Assembly: GCA_963575745.1 (NCBI GenBank)
Contig: CAUYUJ010000269.1
Coordinates: forward strand, 62,001-116,052
DNA: 54,052 nt
Direction: 5' to 3'
Origin: Prorocentrum cordatum
Lineage: Eukaryota
In this document: one piece after another, positions 1-12,200 of the stretch
Position numbering within the stretch: the first letter of the stretch is position 1
Layout: every line of letters begins with the position of its first letter
Program-made: the position numbers and the translations under genes
The notes under the pieces: generated by a model
Told to the model about the DNA's origin: nothing
Seen by the model: only the letters and a program-made list of their open reading frames with translations
The model's database searches: none

Positions 1-534
1 TGCCTGCCGTGACATGGTTGTGATGGCGGCGCGTTGTCACTGCCCACCCCTCTCCTCGCATAAACTCGGCTCGCCCACGAGACCCCATCCCTATGACAGC
101 GGCGCACGGGAGCGAGGGGCGGTGAAAGGGGGGCCCCGCGGGACGGCCGCGGATGCGGCGGAGAGGGGGAACGAAAATACGACTGGTGGGGAGTCAAGCG
201 GAGGTCGGCTTAAACGGGAAAAGGCTAAACGCCAGGGCAGCTCGGGCAACGGGTCAGGGTCTCAGGGGCCAGAAGGTGGAGCTGGTCCCGAAACGGCGCA
301 ACGACTATGTGACGCAACGCCTGGCGCCTGCGTGAGGGCGCTCGTTGGCTTGCTCGTTGGTCTGCCCGTGGTCGTTTGTGAGACGATGTGGTGGCGAAGC
401 TGCTGGCGGCGACGCGAGTCTGGAGCCAGTTGGTGCCGTGGGGTTTGGCGGTTTGCCCCGAACCTCCACGACTTCCACGACAGCGCTGCACAAAAATGGG
501 CGGTGGACCCCCAAGGAGAAAACACTGCTGGGGG

Positions 535-2010
535 TCAGCAAGGTGTTGTTTTCGCATGTTCTGAGCACCGAGCCCATTGGTCAGAGGACTGGGAGGCGGC
601 GCTGAGGGAGATGGTGAGCAGATGATGGGGTGGTGGAGAGGCTGTGATACGTGGCGAGGTCTCGTTCAGATCTACGTGGCTGGGGAATGAGCCTCGCCCT
701 AGCCCTCGCTCGGTCCTCTCGCCAGTTGCTGCTTGGACAGGATAGCGGCTGAATTGCCACTTGCGAGACGCCTTGTGCAGGACGCCCGGCTCGATCGACG
801 TGTCCCGAATGATCACGGGCAGCCCTCGCACGAACGACGTCTGGAACTGTCGTGCAAGGCGTTCGCCGTCTTCGCGAAGGGACTGCACAGCAACGACGAT
901 CTCTTCCTCCCGGGTAGACAGGGCGGGCCAGGCAACAACAGGGCCCGGCACGCTGCCGGTGCGCGACAGGGACAGGGCCTGGCACGCTGTCGTGAGCAGG
1001 AGGGCCTGGAATGCCCTCGTCAGCAGCGCTGCTGGCGTCCGCCTCGGCACTGCGGCAGGCGGCAGCGCGGACCGTCGCGACGCCGATGCAGATGCCGCCC
1101 CCTGGGCGGGCGGCATATTTGAGGGCCTTCTGGGCGGAGTCGGGGGCGTCGGAGTGGTCAGCCCAGGGAGTGGCCATTCAGATTGGTGGCGACCCGGGTG
1201 GCATGGATGTGCCCGAGGAGGCCGAAGGTGTCGTTCACGGCATCCTCCTTGTTGCTCGGCGGCAGGTTCTCGACTAGGATGGCGCAGCGGTCCTCGTCGT
1301 CAGACGGGTCTCTGCCCCCGTGGGGTCCCGTGGAGGCAGGCAAGGGTGGGGTTGCAACCATGCCCATCGCCGGGTCCCCTCCCCCGTCAACTGGAGGGAA
1401 AGCAGCCACGGCTGGAGTGGTAATGCCTCGGCCCCGCCCTTGCTTGCGTACCTGCCACCTTATCGGTGGCTGGGTAGGCGCAGGCGTGGGTGCAAGCTTG
1501 GGCATCTTCGGTTTCCTTCCAGCGGCGTCTCTGGGCGTGGTGGATGGTGGACTCGATGTTCTGCTGCAACTGATCTTCCCTCGCGTACGCGACCGCGGGG
1601 AGGAATGTCGGGAGGACACATGGGCCGTAGTCGCCGTAGTAGTCCTCGAACTCCTTCTGGTAGCCGCACTGATTGTCCCAGTGGCCAGGCGGCCTGGCGG
1701 GGCAGCCGATGTCGACCATGGACGGGACGCAGTCGAGCGCCTACGGGTTGAGCTGCGGTTTCCTATCTCTGCTGTTGCTGACCTCGGTATGGTCGCAGGC
1801 GCTGGTGCTGGCGTGTGGGTCAATACGCTCGTTGATGTGGTTCCCGAGCTTCGACTTGACAGCGTCGCAGTGCTCTCCGCTCGGGCCTGCCGCGCCGACA
1901 GGGATGGCGATGCCCCGTACCCTATAAGTCCCCTCCGTGCTCGGGCCGTGTAGCCTAGCCGTTTGTGGTCGTGGTAAGCTCGCCTCGTCATCCCGAGGCC
2001 TGGGCACCCA
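535..2010 (-). pseudogene. Decayed intronless ORF with an RRM-like domain (about 1285-1060), possibly a retroelement ORF1 or a processed pseudogene
   Basis: AILVENLPPSNKEDAVNDTFGLLGHIHATRVATNLNGHSLG* and, after a frame change, DAPDSAQKALKYAARPGGGICIGVATVR follow the RRM RNP2/helix layout. Stops at 1741-1743 and 1158-1160 interrupt the reading frames. Confidence 0.5.
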
Positions 2011-2015
2011 GTTTA

Positions 2016-2198
2016 GGTCGGGCATGCCCCCCCCCACAGGCGGATGTTGGACGAAAAACAAAACATCGTCTGAAAATGTCCAAGCTAGCCAGAAGTGGTC
2101 AAACATGGTCAAATTTCTACAAAAATCGCAAGGACAGTGTCAACCACCCATCGCCCCCAGAGACTATTTTTGGAACATGTGTTTGATTTTCCCCATGT
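2016..2198. mobile_element. RGTCGGGC-family MITE, right end disrupted where a TCGG MITE begins
   Basis: TTA|GGTCGGGCATGCCCCCCCCCACAGGCGGAT...CAGAGACTATTTT matches the other copies. Confidence 0.6.
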
Positions 2199-2374
2199 TT
2201 GGCGGCGCGCACAAGGGGTTGGAGTGAGTGGGGTTGGGCTTCTCAGAAGGAGGCTGCTTCTCAGAAGGCGCCGGCCTTACGTCCATAGACAGGGCCCGCG
2301 CCTTCTGAGGAGCAGGGGTGCCTCTAAGGAGCCCTCCCCCCTGCCCCCCCCGCCCCCCGTCGGCGCGTGGCTGA
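2199..2374. mobile_element. TCGG-type MITE (CTTCTCAGAAG family)
   Basis: Decayed termini TTGGCGGCGCGC / GCGCGTGGCTGA; flanks CATGT / CATGC; homologous to 44591-44757. Confidence 0.7.
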
Positions 2375-2443
2375 CATGCAGCGGCGGAGGTGCCGAGCCA
2401 GGCGGCGGCCAGCCCGAACGGCGTGGCGCGGCGGGCGCCGCGC

Positions 2444-2487
2444 CTGGCCACCGCTCGCTGCGTCACCCCCGCCCCTGCGTCAGGGGC
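2444..2487 (-). CDS. Possible MYND gene exon 4 (APDAGAGVTQRAVA-R)
   Basis: C-rich CCGCCAG|GC acceptor in phase with the exon 3 donor and a CAG|GC donor; no domain motif to confirm it. Confidence 0.35.
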
Positions 2488-2719
2488 CTGGCGGGGGGGG
2501 GTCCACGCCCCCGGGTCGGGCAACGGCTTTCCTCCTCCTCCTCCTCCTCCGCCTCCTCCTCCTCCTCCTCCTCCTCCTCCGCCTCCTCCTCCTCCATCCC
2601 TTTTTCCTTCCCTTTTCCTTATATAAGTACCTCCTCCCTGCCTCACCCCGAGAGGTGCCGGCCGGGCGGGCCAGGCGGCTCGCCTGAAGACTCCCCTCCG
2701 CCGAGGATCCTGAGGCTCA

Positions 2720-3370
2720 AACTTGCAACAGCGGGCGGCGGGCGGGATTTGTTCTCAGAATGTGGCTCTCGCCAAAGCCCCGTGCACCTTCGCCCTAACA
2801 GCTTGCAGCAGCTTCACGGATGGAGGGCTGGTGGTTTTTCCAGCATGTGGCTCTCGCCTTGGCGCCGCGCACGCGCTTCGTAAAAGCAGGGGCTTCACAG
2901 ATGGAGGGCGGGTGGTTTTCAAAGTGTCGCTCTCGCCTTCGCCCCGCGCACATTCGTCTTAGAAGTTTGCAGTAGCTTCACGAATTGAGGTCGGTGCCTT
3001 TTCAAAATGTGGTTCTCGCCTTCGCCCCGCGCACATTCGTCTTAAACGTTCACAGCAGTTCCGACTATTCTTCTGGCTGACGTGGTGGACTGTCAGAGCG
3101 CAACAGTCACGTTGATCCGCGGTGTTGAAGTCCCACGAAAGGTTCTGGCACGATTCAGGACCGCCAGGACGCACCAGTAATGTTCATTCGCGGCGTGAGG
3201 TCCCAGGAATTGGTCTCTGACGCGGTTCAGGTTTTCCAACTGGTTGTCCTCCAAGGGGGCATTCCACACGAGTGAAGAGAAACCCTTGTAGGGAAACATG
3301 AAAAGGGAACTTGGAGGAAGGGCTGATTGCAATATCGTTGGTGAGCTTTGGGTTTGCACTGGTCCTCCCC
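2720..3370 (-). repeat. Inverted, diverged copy of the 15.05-15.95 kb element
   Basis: Same head (GAGGACCAGTGCAAACC), GGACTTCAACACCGCG block and GCGAGAACCACATTTTGAAAA units on the minus strand. Confidence 0.75.
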
Positions 3371-3656
3371 CTCCTGGTGATGAGGCGCCGAGCACCACCC
3401 GCCCGCAGGCGGCGACCCGCTGCAGCGAGCACATGCGATGAGAAGCAGGTGCTCCCTGCCGTGAGAAGCCATACCCCTGGACGCCCGAGGGAAACGGCCC
3501 ATGCCCCTCTCGGGGAGGGGGGGGGGGTCGGCCAGTGGGGCCCAGGCGACGCCCATGGGGATGCGAGTGGGGTTGGCTAAACGATTCTCATTCAGTGTTG
3601 CCTCAAGTCGGCAGGAGGAGTCTTCAAGAACAGCAAGAACATAGTCTCGGGCTTCA

Positions 3657-3900
3657 TGGGCCCTGGAAACGACAAGGCCGTTTTTTGACCGCTTCCGTTT
3701 TGCCGTTTTTTTTGCCGGTTCCGACGCCGTTTTTTACCGGTTCCGTCGCCGTTCTTATAAACGGGTTTCCGCTCCGGTTCCACTCCTGGAGCCGTTTTTT
3801 GTTGCCGTTTCTGGTCGCCGGTTTTTTTGCCATGTCCATTTTCAAGGGGCACTTTTTCGGAAACGGTGAAAAAACGGCCCTGCCGTTTCTGGGGCCCACT
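3657..3900. mobile_element. TGGGCCC-TIR MITE with internal CCGTTTTT repeats
   Basis: About 30-bp TIRs TGGGCCCTGGAAACGACAAGGCCGTTTTTT / AAAAAACGGCCCTGCCGTTTCTGGGGCCCA; second copy at 24545-24789. Confidence 0.75.
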
Positions 3901-4046
3901 GCGGTCTCGGGGCATGGCCGTCGTCCACCCTCCGCCTCCCTGCGGTGCCCCCCCCCCCCGGGCGCGTGCCCAGAGCCTCCCCCGGGGGCACTCCACGGCA
4001 GGACGGCTTCTGGTCCGGCGCGCCTGCTGCATGCAGTGCCTGCGTA

Positions 4047-4350
4047 TCGGGGATGGACAGAAACCCCTTTATCGGCGGTGGACAACCGAAACCGACGGAC
4101 CTGGACCCGCAAAAATGACGGCCGCGACGCCCTCTCGCGAACCGAAAACGGCCAATTCGCTAATCGACGTGTCAGGGTAGGAGGTCTGTCCACCCCCGAC
4201 TTTAGTGAAACGTGGTTTAGTGAAAACGACCTCGGGCCTAAACCTGGCGGGCGCGAGCATGGAAAGTGACGGCCGCGGCGCCCTCTCGAGAACCGAAAAC
4301 GGACAATTCACCAATCGACGCGTCAGGGTGAGGGTTCTGTCCACCTCCGA
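4047..4350. mobile_element. TCGG-type MITE (outer copy) containing a nested copy of the same family
   Basis: Terminal inverted repeats (TIRs) TCGGGGATGGACAGAA / TTCTGTCCACCTCCGA; flanks GCGTA / GAGTA. Confidence 0.75.
4072..4199. mobile_element. TCGG-type MITE (inner, nested copy)
   Basis: TIRs TCGGCGGTGGACA / TGTCCACCCCCGA; perfect 5-bp TSD CTTTA; its right half is similar to 4266-4350. Confidence 0.85.
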
Positions 4351-4662
4351 GAGTAGTGGCAGTCCTGCTGTAAAGAGCGGGGGGCTAGAATAACATCAAA
4401 CGTCCCGGATTGAAGGGCTTGTTTCCCCATAAGCAAGCACTTTGCAGTGCATGCTCTCCCCCGGGACCACGACGGGGAACCTCGGGGGGAACGGCCGCCT
4501 CGGGCGGCCAGCTCGGCGACGAAGGAGGGAACGCCTCACGGTGTTGCGCGAGAGGGCGTGGCGGCCTACCGCGGTGGCCTGCGCGAACTTGCAACGCGCA
4601 CACCACGCGGAGAGGAGGGCGCCTACGCGCGACCTCACGGTCGGGCGACGACGACGACGAGC

Positions 4663-4698
<36 letters not shown>

Positions 4699-5589
4699 AG
4701 CACGACGACGACGACGGCGACGAAGACGATGTTGACGACGACGACAGCGACGACGACGAGCACGACGACGACGAGCACGACGACGACGACGACGGCGACG
4801 AAGACGACGAAAACGACGACCACTACGACGACGTGTCTCAGCGGTGGCCCCGTCGACATTATGTTTCCTGTAAGCGGACAGCGTGCCGCTCCGATCCGCG
4901 GGGCGGGAGGCTGGCACAGGCTCGGGACGTGGATGCACCCAAGGCCAGGCTCACGGCGACGTTGCTTCACGGCGAGGAAGGAAGGCTGTAGGACATCACC
5001 AGCCACACTTTCCTGTACTGCCAGTCGGCGAACGCATCGAGCGAACACGACGCAGCGAATCGCAGGAAAGAGCGCGCGAGCTGCGCGCTCTCCCACGCCA
5101 CCGCAACCTGCGCCGCCGTGCGCCCGTCTGCGGGCCACGCGGCGGCGAGGTGCAGGCCTGAGCTGGCGGCAGGACACGCCTGGCAAGAGCTCCCGACCGC
5201 ACCTGCGGGCAGCCCCTGCGCGAACGCCTGCGCGGTCGACCCCGGCGGCCTGCGCCGCTCTGGCCGTCGCTCGGACGTTCACTCCCTGTGCTTTTGTTCG
5301 GTGTCGTGCGTGGCTTTTTTCGCCAAGTGATCCAGGATGCTCCTCGATGGTCCTCGCCGAAGGCAAAAGTGCTCCTCGATACTCCTCGCCGAAGGAAAAG
5401 GTGCACGCGTCCGAGCGATGCCAGGAGCCCGTGCGCGAACGCCTGCGCGGCCGACCCGGCTGCCTGCGCCGCTCACCCAAAGTCGGACGCCCGCCGGCGT
5501 CGACCACTGGCAGAGGGCAGAGCACGGGCAGAAAGGGCGCACGTGCGGGCGCCGAGAGGCCGAGCGCTGGCCGCAGCCCGCGCTCGGGA

Positions 5590-5675
5590 AAGAGCAGGAG
5601 CAGGAGCAGTTGCAGGAGCAGGGGAGCAGGAGCAGGAGCAGGAGCAGGAGTAGGAGCAGGAGTAGGAGGAGGAGT

Positions 5676-5706
<31 letters not shown>

Positions 5707-5804
5707 GGAGGAGGAGGAGGAGGAGGAGGAGGAGGAGGTGGAGGAGCCGGAGAGGAGCAGGAGCAGAGCAGGAGGAGGAGGAGGAGGAGGTTGGGAGAAG
5801 GAGG

Positions 5805-5839
<35 letters not shown>

Positions 5840-6427
5840 TGCGAGTAGGGGTAGTAGTAGGAGTAGAGTTGGAGGAATAGGAAGAGGAGGGGAGGAGGAG
5901 GAGGTGGAAGAGGAGGAGGAGGAGGAGGAGGAGGAGGTGGAGGAGCAGGAGCAGGAGCAGAAGCAGGAGGAGGAGGAGGTCGGGAGAAGGAGGAGGAGCA
6001 GGAGCAGGAGCAGGAGCAGGAGTGCAGTAGGGGGAGGAGGAGGAGTGGAATAGGAAGAGGAGGAGGAGGAGGAGGAGGAGGAGGAGGAGGTGGAGGAGTG
6101 GGAATAGGCATAGGCGGAGGAGGAGGAGGAGGAGGAGGAGGAGGAGGAGTGGGAATAAGAATAGAAGGAGGAGGAGGAGGAGGAGGAGGAGCTCTACTGA
6201 ACAGGTGTGGCCCTGTCGCGCCGCGGTTGCCTCGAGGTCCATGTCGCCCTCGCCCTTGCCCGCCTCGTCCCCGAGCGGAGCCGGCTTCTCCTCCGGCTTC
6301 CTGCACGTCCGCTTGTGGAATCGCCAATCCTCCTGGCGCGTCGGAATCGCCGCCATCGCCGCCGCCCACCGACGCAGTCCTCGATCGTCGTCGCCGCCGG
6401 CGCAACCCAGCGCCGTCGTCTTCAGCT

Positions 6428-6521
<94 letters not shown>

Positions 6522-6723
6522 GCTGTGGCCGCCGTCGTCGGTCGCCAATCGTCGAACTCAACCGTCATCGCCGTCGTCGGCATTGCCGCTGTCGCCACCA
6601 CCACCGTCGTCGTCACTGGTCGTCGTCGTCGTCGTCGGCGGCGGGGGCGTCGGCGGCGCTGTCGTCACCGTCGCCGTCGCAGTCGCCGTCGCCGTTGCCG
6701 TCGTCGTCATCGTCGTCGTCGAA

Positions 6724-6772
<49 letters not shown>

Positions 6773-6895
6773 TCGTCGTCGTCGTCGTCATCGTCCGTCG
6801 TCGTCAGCGGTCGTCGTCGTCGTCGTCATCGTCGTCAGCTGTCGTCGTCAGCCATTGTCGTCAGCAATCGTTGTCGGCGGTCGTCGTCATCGTCG
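5590..6895 (+). repeat. (GGA/GCAGGA)n and (GTC)n microsatellites bracketing MYND exon 3
   Basis: GGA tract at 5590-6190, GTC tract at 6428-6895. Other large tracts: (GAC)n 4646-4832, (CCT)n 7350-7676, (CCT)n 13580-13740, (GGA)n 19020-19360, 36290-36580, 37850-38085, (CAT/CAC)n 41900-42110. Confidence 0.95.
6231..6332 (-). CDS. MYND gene exon 3 ([34 protein letters not shown])
   Basis: CCAG acceptor; the W-x2-H-K-x2-C motif completes the MYND domain; probable GAG|GCAACC donor (3' boundary less certain). Confidence 0.85.
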
Positions 6896-9137
6896 CCCTT
6901 CCGCCGGCGTCCGCCGCGGAGGGGATGGCAACTCCTCCGATCCTCGAAGGCAAGGCCCTTCTTGGAACGCCTCACATCACTTTCGTGTCGCAGTGTCAGC
7001 TACACGCAAGAGTGACCCTGGGTAAGAGTGACCTTTGGTGCGCGGCTTTTTGGGGGCCGCGGGGAGGCCAAACCTGGGCGCGCAAGCCCCTGCTACCGCT
7101 TCGTTTTCAGCCATCTGGGGGCCCATCTGTGCCCGCACCAAAGGTCACTCCGGCGAAAGGTCACTCTTACGTCTAGTCGATAATGTGAACCTGCTTCTCA
7201 TCACAGGGGGGGGCGTCGGGCATCTCTGCAGAAGCCGTCTGGGAATCTGCGGCCCTCTGGGGGGCCACCGGAGGCCCGGCTCTGGGGACCGCTGAGGTCG
7301 TGGCCCGCGGCCGGGGAAAAAAACTTCACGGCTGCCCCGACCTGCTCACTACCTCCTCTCCTCTCCTCCTCCTCCTCCTCCTCCTCCTCCTCCTCCTCCC
7401 TCCTCCTCCTCCTCCCTCCTCCTCCCCCTCCTCCTCTCCTCCTCCTCCCTCTTCTCTTCTTCTCTTCCTCCTCCTCCTCCTTCCTCCTCCTCCCTCCTCC
7501 TCTCCTCCTCCTCCTCCTCCCTCCTCCCTCCTCCCTTCCTCCTCCTCCCTCCTCCTCCTCCCTCTCCTCCTCCTCCTCCTCCTCCTCCTCCTCCTCCTCC
7601 CTCCTCCTCCTCCTCTCCTCCTCCTCCTCCTCCTCCTCCTCCTCCTCCTCCTCCTCCTCCTCCTCCTCCTCCTCCCCCTTTTGCCCCGCAGACCATCGAT
7701 ATGGGCGGTGCTTGACTACGCTGCTGGATCGACGAGCTCCTGGGGCTGACCCAGGGTACGCCCTTCCTCGACAGTGCCTGGAGCAGTGGTTGAGGTGCTG
7801 GCTTGACTTCCCTCGCGGGCGGGAGCCTATCATGAAGGTCTGGCACGATGCCGTGCAGCAGTTCGTCCAGCTGGGCCCTCACCATCGAGCCAGGCATATC
7901 AGAGGACCGTTGACGGCGGTGATCTGCTTTTGGTGAACGCGGGGTGGGATCTCCTTCAACCTCACCTATGTTTCCCAGCTGGTGGATCTGATGGTGTCGA
8001 GGCTGATGGATGGTCTTCTGGGTCGGTTGAGTTCGAGACGTTCGATCAAGCCAGAAGGTTGGTCGACAACTTCTCACCCTGCAGAAGCGACAATGGAAGG
8101 ATGTTGCCAATTCTTATAATGGAGGCGGCGTGGAGGATGGAGTGGACAATTTCAGCTTGAGACGTCATGTTTTGCCTGGAGCAAGTACCAGAACACAGAC
8201 GGCAACTACGTAAATTGGTGCTCACGATTACTGTCGGAGGCTCATGGCCCGCTTCCAAGAAGAGCGAAACTGGCTACCCTGAACCAGCGAGGCTGCCGCC
8301 AGTGTGGGTCGCACACGAGACTCTCTTGCACCAGCGTGGCAGTGTGCGAGTGATCCAGGGTCGTCAGCGTTCGAAGCACCTGAGCATGTAGTTGCGCGTG
8401 CGTGTGTTCAGGCAGAAAGTTGACATTTGGCTGAGAGGGCTGACTCCCAGTGACGTGACCGAGCCAGAACCCTCAGGCAAAGATGACGTGTGGGTTCGCA
8501 GTCACCCGAACGGCGAAGACCTGCCCTCTCGTTTTGGCGAAGGGTGACCACGAGCGGCCCCCCTGCTTTTGCCTGGTAAGGCGCCCGGCCGATCGGGCGC
8601 CCTCGATACTGGGCGTAGGCGGGCAGGAGTCTCCACAGCGGCATGCCCAGAGGCCCAGAGCCCCAGCCAGGGAATGAGCGCAGCTTCATCTACGGACCCG
8701 TGCCGGGGCGGCATCAAAGCGTCCCGAGGGGTGAGCTATTCCGTATGCCGTTGCCTCTATCGCTACATACTCTAGAGGCCCCTTGGCTTTCGTTGCTGAC
8801 AGCGGGGGAGAGTGTAGGGGATACTGGGCGAGGCTTCATGAGGCCCCTCAAAGTCCCAATTCGGATATGAGGTGGAATCTTCAAAACTCCATGCAAACGA
8901 CGGACCGTCAGCCTGGTGACATTGCGGTGCCCGTGGGTCGTAAGTTGTCGGGGATCCCTCTCGCTGGCAACATGTTTGGGGACAATTCTCGTGGGAATTG
9001 CCTCCAAATATTTCCCCACATGTTTGGTCGTGGGGTTTTGGTGTTCTTCCCACCGGCGTCGCACCCACGTCTTCCTCACATCTCCCTCTTCCCTTTTCCC
9101 TATCCTCCCCTTCCGTTTTCCCTCCACCCACACTGCT

Positions 9138-9224
<87 letters not shown>

Positions 9225-12200
9225 TACACACACCATACAACGCTAGTGCACGTCTGGCCTGTTCACTGCATCATACACTCAAGGCGTATGCACAACAGAC
9301 TGGGCACCCACATGAGACACACGTCCCGAAATGGCCGCACACGCCTCATATACATACACATGACATGCCATATGCAAGGCGTGCGTTTGGGATTCGCAGT
9401 GCATGGCAGGCGTGCCACTTCCTCGACACAAGAGGAAGCGCACAACGCGTGGCAAGCGTGGCACTTCCTCGATATCGTAAGGGGGAGCGCTGGGGTTTCG
9501 GGCTCGCCAAGTGTGACACGCGCGGCATTTTCTCGACGTTACAAAAGGGGTGCCATGGGGAGCGGTCGCTACCCGTTTCGGGCTCGCAAAGCGTGGCAGG
9601 CGTTGCACTTTCTAGACGCCAACGAGGGCGCAAGGGATGCGGTCGCTATCCGTTCCGGGCTCGCCAAGTATGGCAGGCGTGGCACTTCCTCGATGCTGCA
9701 AAGGGGGGCGCTGGGGGTGCGGTCGCTACACGTTTCGGGCTCGCCAAGTGTGGCAAGCGTGAGTTTATCGGCGTTGCAGGGGGTGTCAAGGGGGTGCGGT
9801 CGCTATCCGCTTCGGGCTCGCAGAACATGGTTGGCGCGGCACTGCGTTGACGCCACAAGGGGTGCCTTAAAAGGTGCGGTCGCTATCCGTTTCGTGCTCG
9901 CAATGCGTGGCAGGCGTGGCAACGTATCGACGTTGCCGGGGGTGCCACGGAGGTGCGGTCGCTATCCGTTCCGGGCTGGGAAAACGTGGAAGGGTCGACA
10001 TTTCCTCGATGCCACAACTGGGTGCGCTGGGGGTGCGGTCGCTATCCGTTTCGGGCTCGCCAAGTGTGACACGCGCGGCATTTTCTCGACGCCAAAGAGG
10101 GCGCAAGGGGTGCGGTCGCTATCCGCTTCGGGCTCGCCGAATGTGGCAGGCGTGGCATTTCCTCGATGCTGCAGAGGGGTGCGCTGGTGGTGCGGTCGCT
10201 ACCCGTTTCGGGCTCGCCAAGTGTGGCAGGCGTGACAGCTCATCGGCTCACAGGGGGTGTCATGGGGGTGCGGTCGCCATCCGTTTCGAGCTCGCAAAAC
10301 ATGGTTGGCGCGGCACTGCGTTGACGCCACAAGGGGTGCCTTAAAAGGTGCGGTCGCTATCCGTTTCGTGCTGGCAATGCGCGGCAGGCGTGGCAACTTA
10401 TCGACGTTGCGGGGGTGCCACGGAGGTGCGGTCGCTATCCGTTCCGGGCTGGGAAAACGTGGAAGGGTCGACATTTCCTCGATGCCACAACTGGGTGCGC
10501 TGGGGGTGCGGTCGCTATCCGTTTCGGGCTCGCCAAATGCGGCACGCGCGGCATTTTCTCGACGCCGAAGAGGGCGCAAGGGGTGCAGTCGTTATCGGTT
10601 TCGGGCTCGCCAAGTGTGGCAGGCGTGGCACTTCCTCGATGCTGCAAGGGGGTGCGCTGGGGGTGCGGTCGCCATCCGTTTCTGTGGCAAGCGTGAGTTT
10701 ATCGGCGTTACAGGGGGTGTCATGGGGATGCGGTCGCTATCAGTTTCGGGTTCGCAGAGCATGGTTGGCGCGGCATTGTATTGACGCCACAGGGGGTGCC
10801 TTAAGGGGTGCGATCGCTATCCGTTTCGGGCTCGCAAGGTGTGGCAGGCGTGGCAACTTATCGACGCTGCTGAGGGTGTCACAAAGGTGCGGTCGTTATC
10901 CGTTTCGGGCTGGGAAAACGTGGCAGGGGCGACACTTTCGCGACGCCACAAAGGGGGTGCGCTGGGGGTGCGGTCACTATCCGTCTCGGGCTCGCCAAGT
11001 GTGGCACGCGTGGCATTTTCTCGACGCCAAAGTTGGCGCAGGGGGTGCGGTCGCTATCCGTTTTGGGTTCGCCTGCCCCGCCGCGGCGTGCGCCATCCGC
11101 CTGCCCACCGCGTCGAGACTCGTACGCCGTCCGCTTGCCTACCTACAGCCCCGCTCTCTTCCGTGGTCGCCATGGCTCAGGCTGCTGTTCGCACGGCGCG
11201 TCACTCTCCCAAGGCTTGACCGGCGTCACCAACGGTATCGGCGGGGCAACGGCCACCAGCACCAGTCTCGCATGTTCCACTCCAGCTATCATCACTCCAG
11301 ACATAACATCAGTATGTGGGGTCCCTCGGTAGCGTAATTTGCTGTCCCGAGCGCTCAGAGGAATAAACTTCTGCAGGTCGAGAACGACGCTCGGTTGATT
11401 AGGAAAAGATATGAGCTCTTTGGCCGCGAACAAGGGTGATGGGAAAAAAGTCCGGCGCCCATCCGTCTGCTGCCGGTCCCTCCCCCGCCTTCGAAAGCGG
11501 TTGCCCCCGTCCAATTCCAAGCGCACCCGTCTGAAGTGCAGGACGCGGTGTTCCAGGTGTCAGGGCTCGGCCACAAAGGCTGGCCAGGGCCAACTGGCTC
11601 TCCACAGAGTGCTCTGATCTCGTGTCCATGTCCGATCATCGTTCTAAGATTCCTCGGGATCGTCGTTTACGTCTCGCTGGGGGTGTGGTCCATGATATCC
11701 ACTCGATGGTTCATAAGGTTACACTTTCGCTGCAGTTTTGTCAGGAGTGTGGGCGTTACAGCCAGCTTGAACTTCGTGGACTTGCGAGTGGTCGTTCGGC
11801 TCGTCAAATCCCACCTAGCCCTTTAACGGAGTCACGGCGGGAATGTATTGACCATATTTCGCGAGACTTTTGGCCAAAAATTGTCAGCAAGGCTGAGAAG
11901 GCGGCTCGGAATCATGAACCGAAGACGCCTACGGCGAATCACCGCCGTCCCTTGCACTTTGGAATCGTCCATGAGGCCGAGCGTTGTGGCCAAAGCGCTG
12001 CCAAGCTATCGGACAATGTGTTCCCCCAGCCGTTGTGGAACCCCTTGGGACACTTGGGGGAGGATGACGGAGAAGACCAGGAGAAGGAGGATGGGGAGGA
12101 GGAGAAGGAGCAGGAGGAGGAGGAGGGGTCATCTTGGGAGCCTCTGGGGGCACTCTTGGGGCCTCCTAGGAGCTTCCCGGGCGCCTCTTGGAGGTACGTA

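Noticed and set aside
4447..7176. Long ORFs (477, 573, 362 and 323 aa) as genes
   Set aside because: They are open only because of GAC/GGA/GTC microsatellites; only the embedded MYND exon is credible.
9395..11075. CRISPR array (constant core of about 30 bp plus variable spacers)
   Set aside because: The spacers are homologous to each other and recur periodically, there are no cas genes, and the context is eukaryotic.
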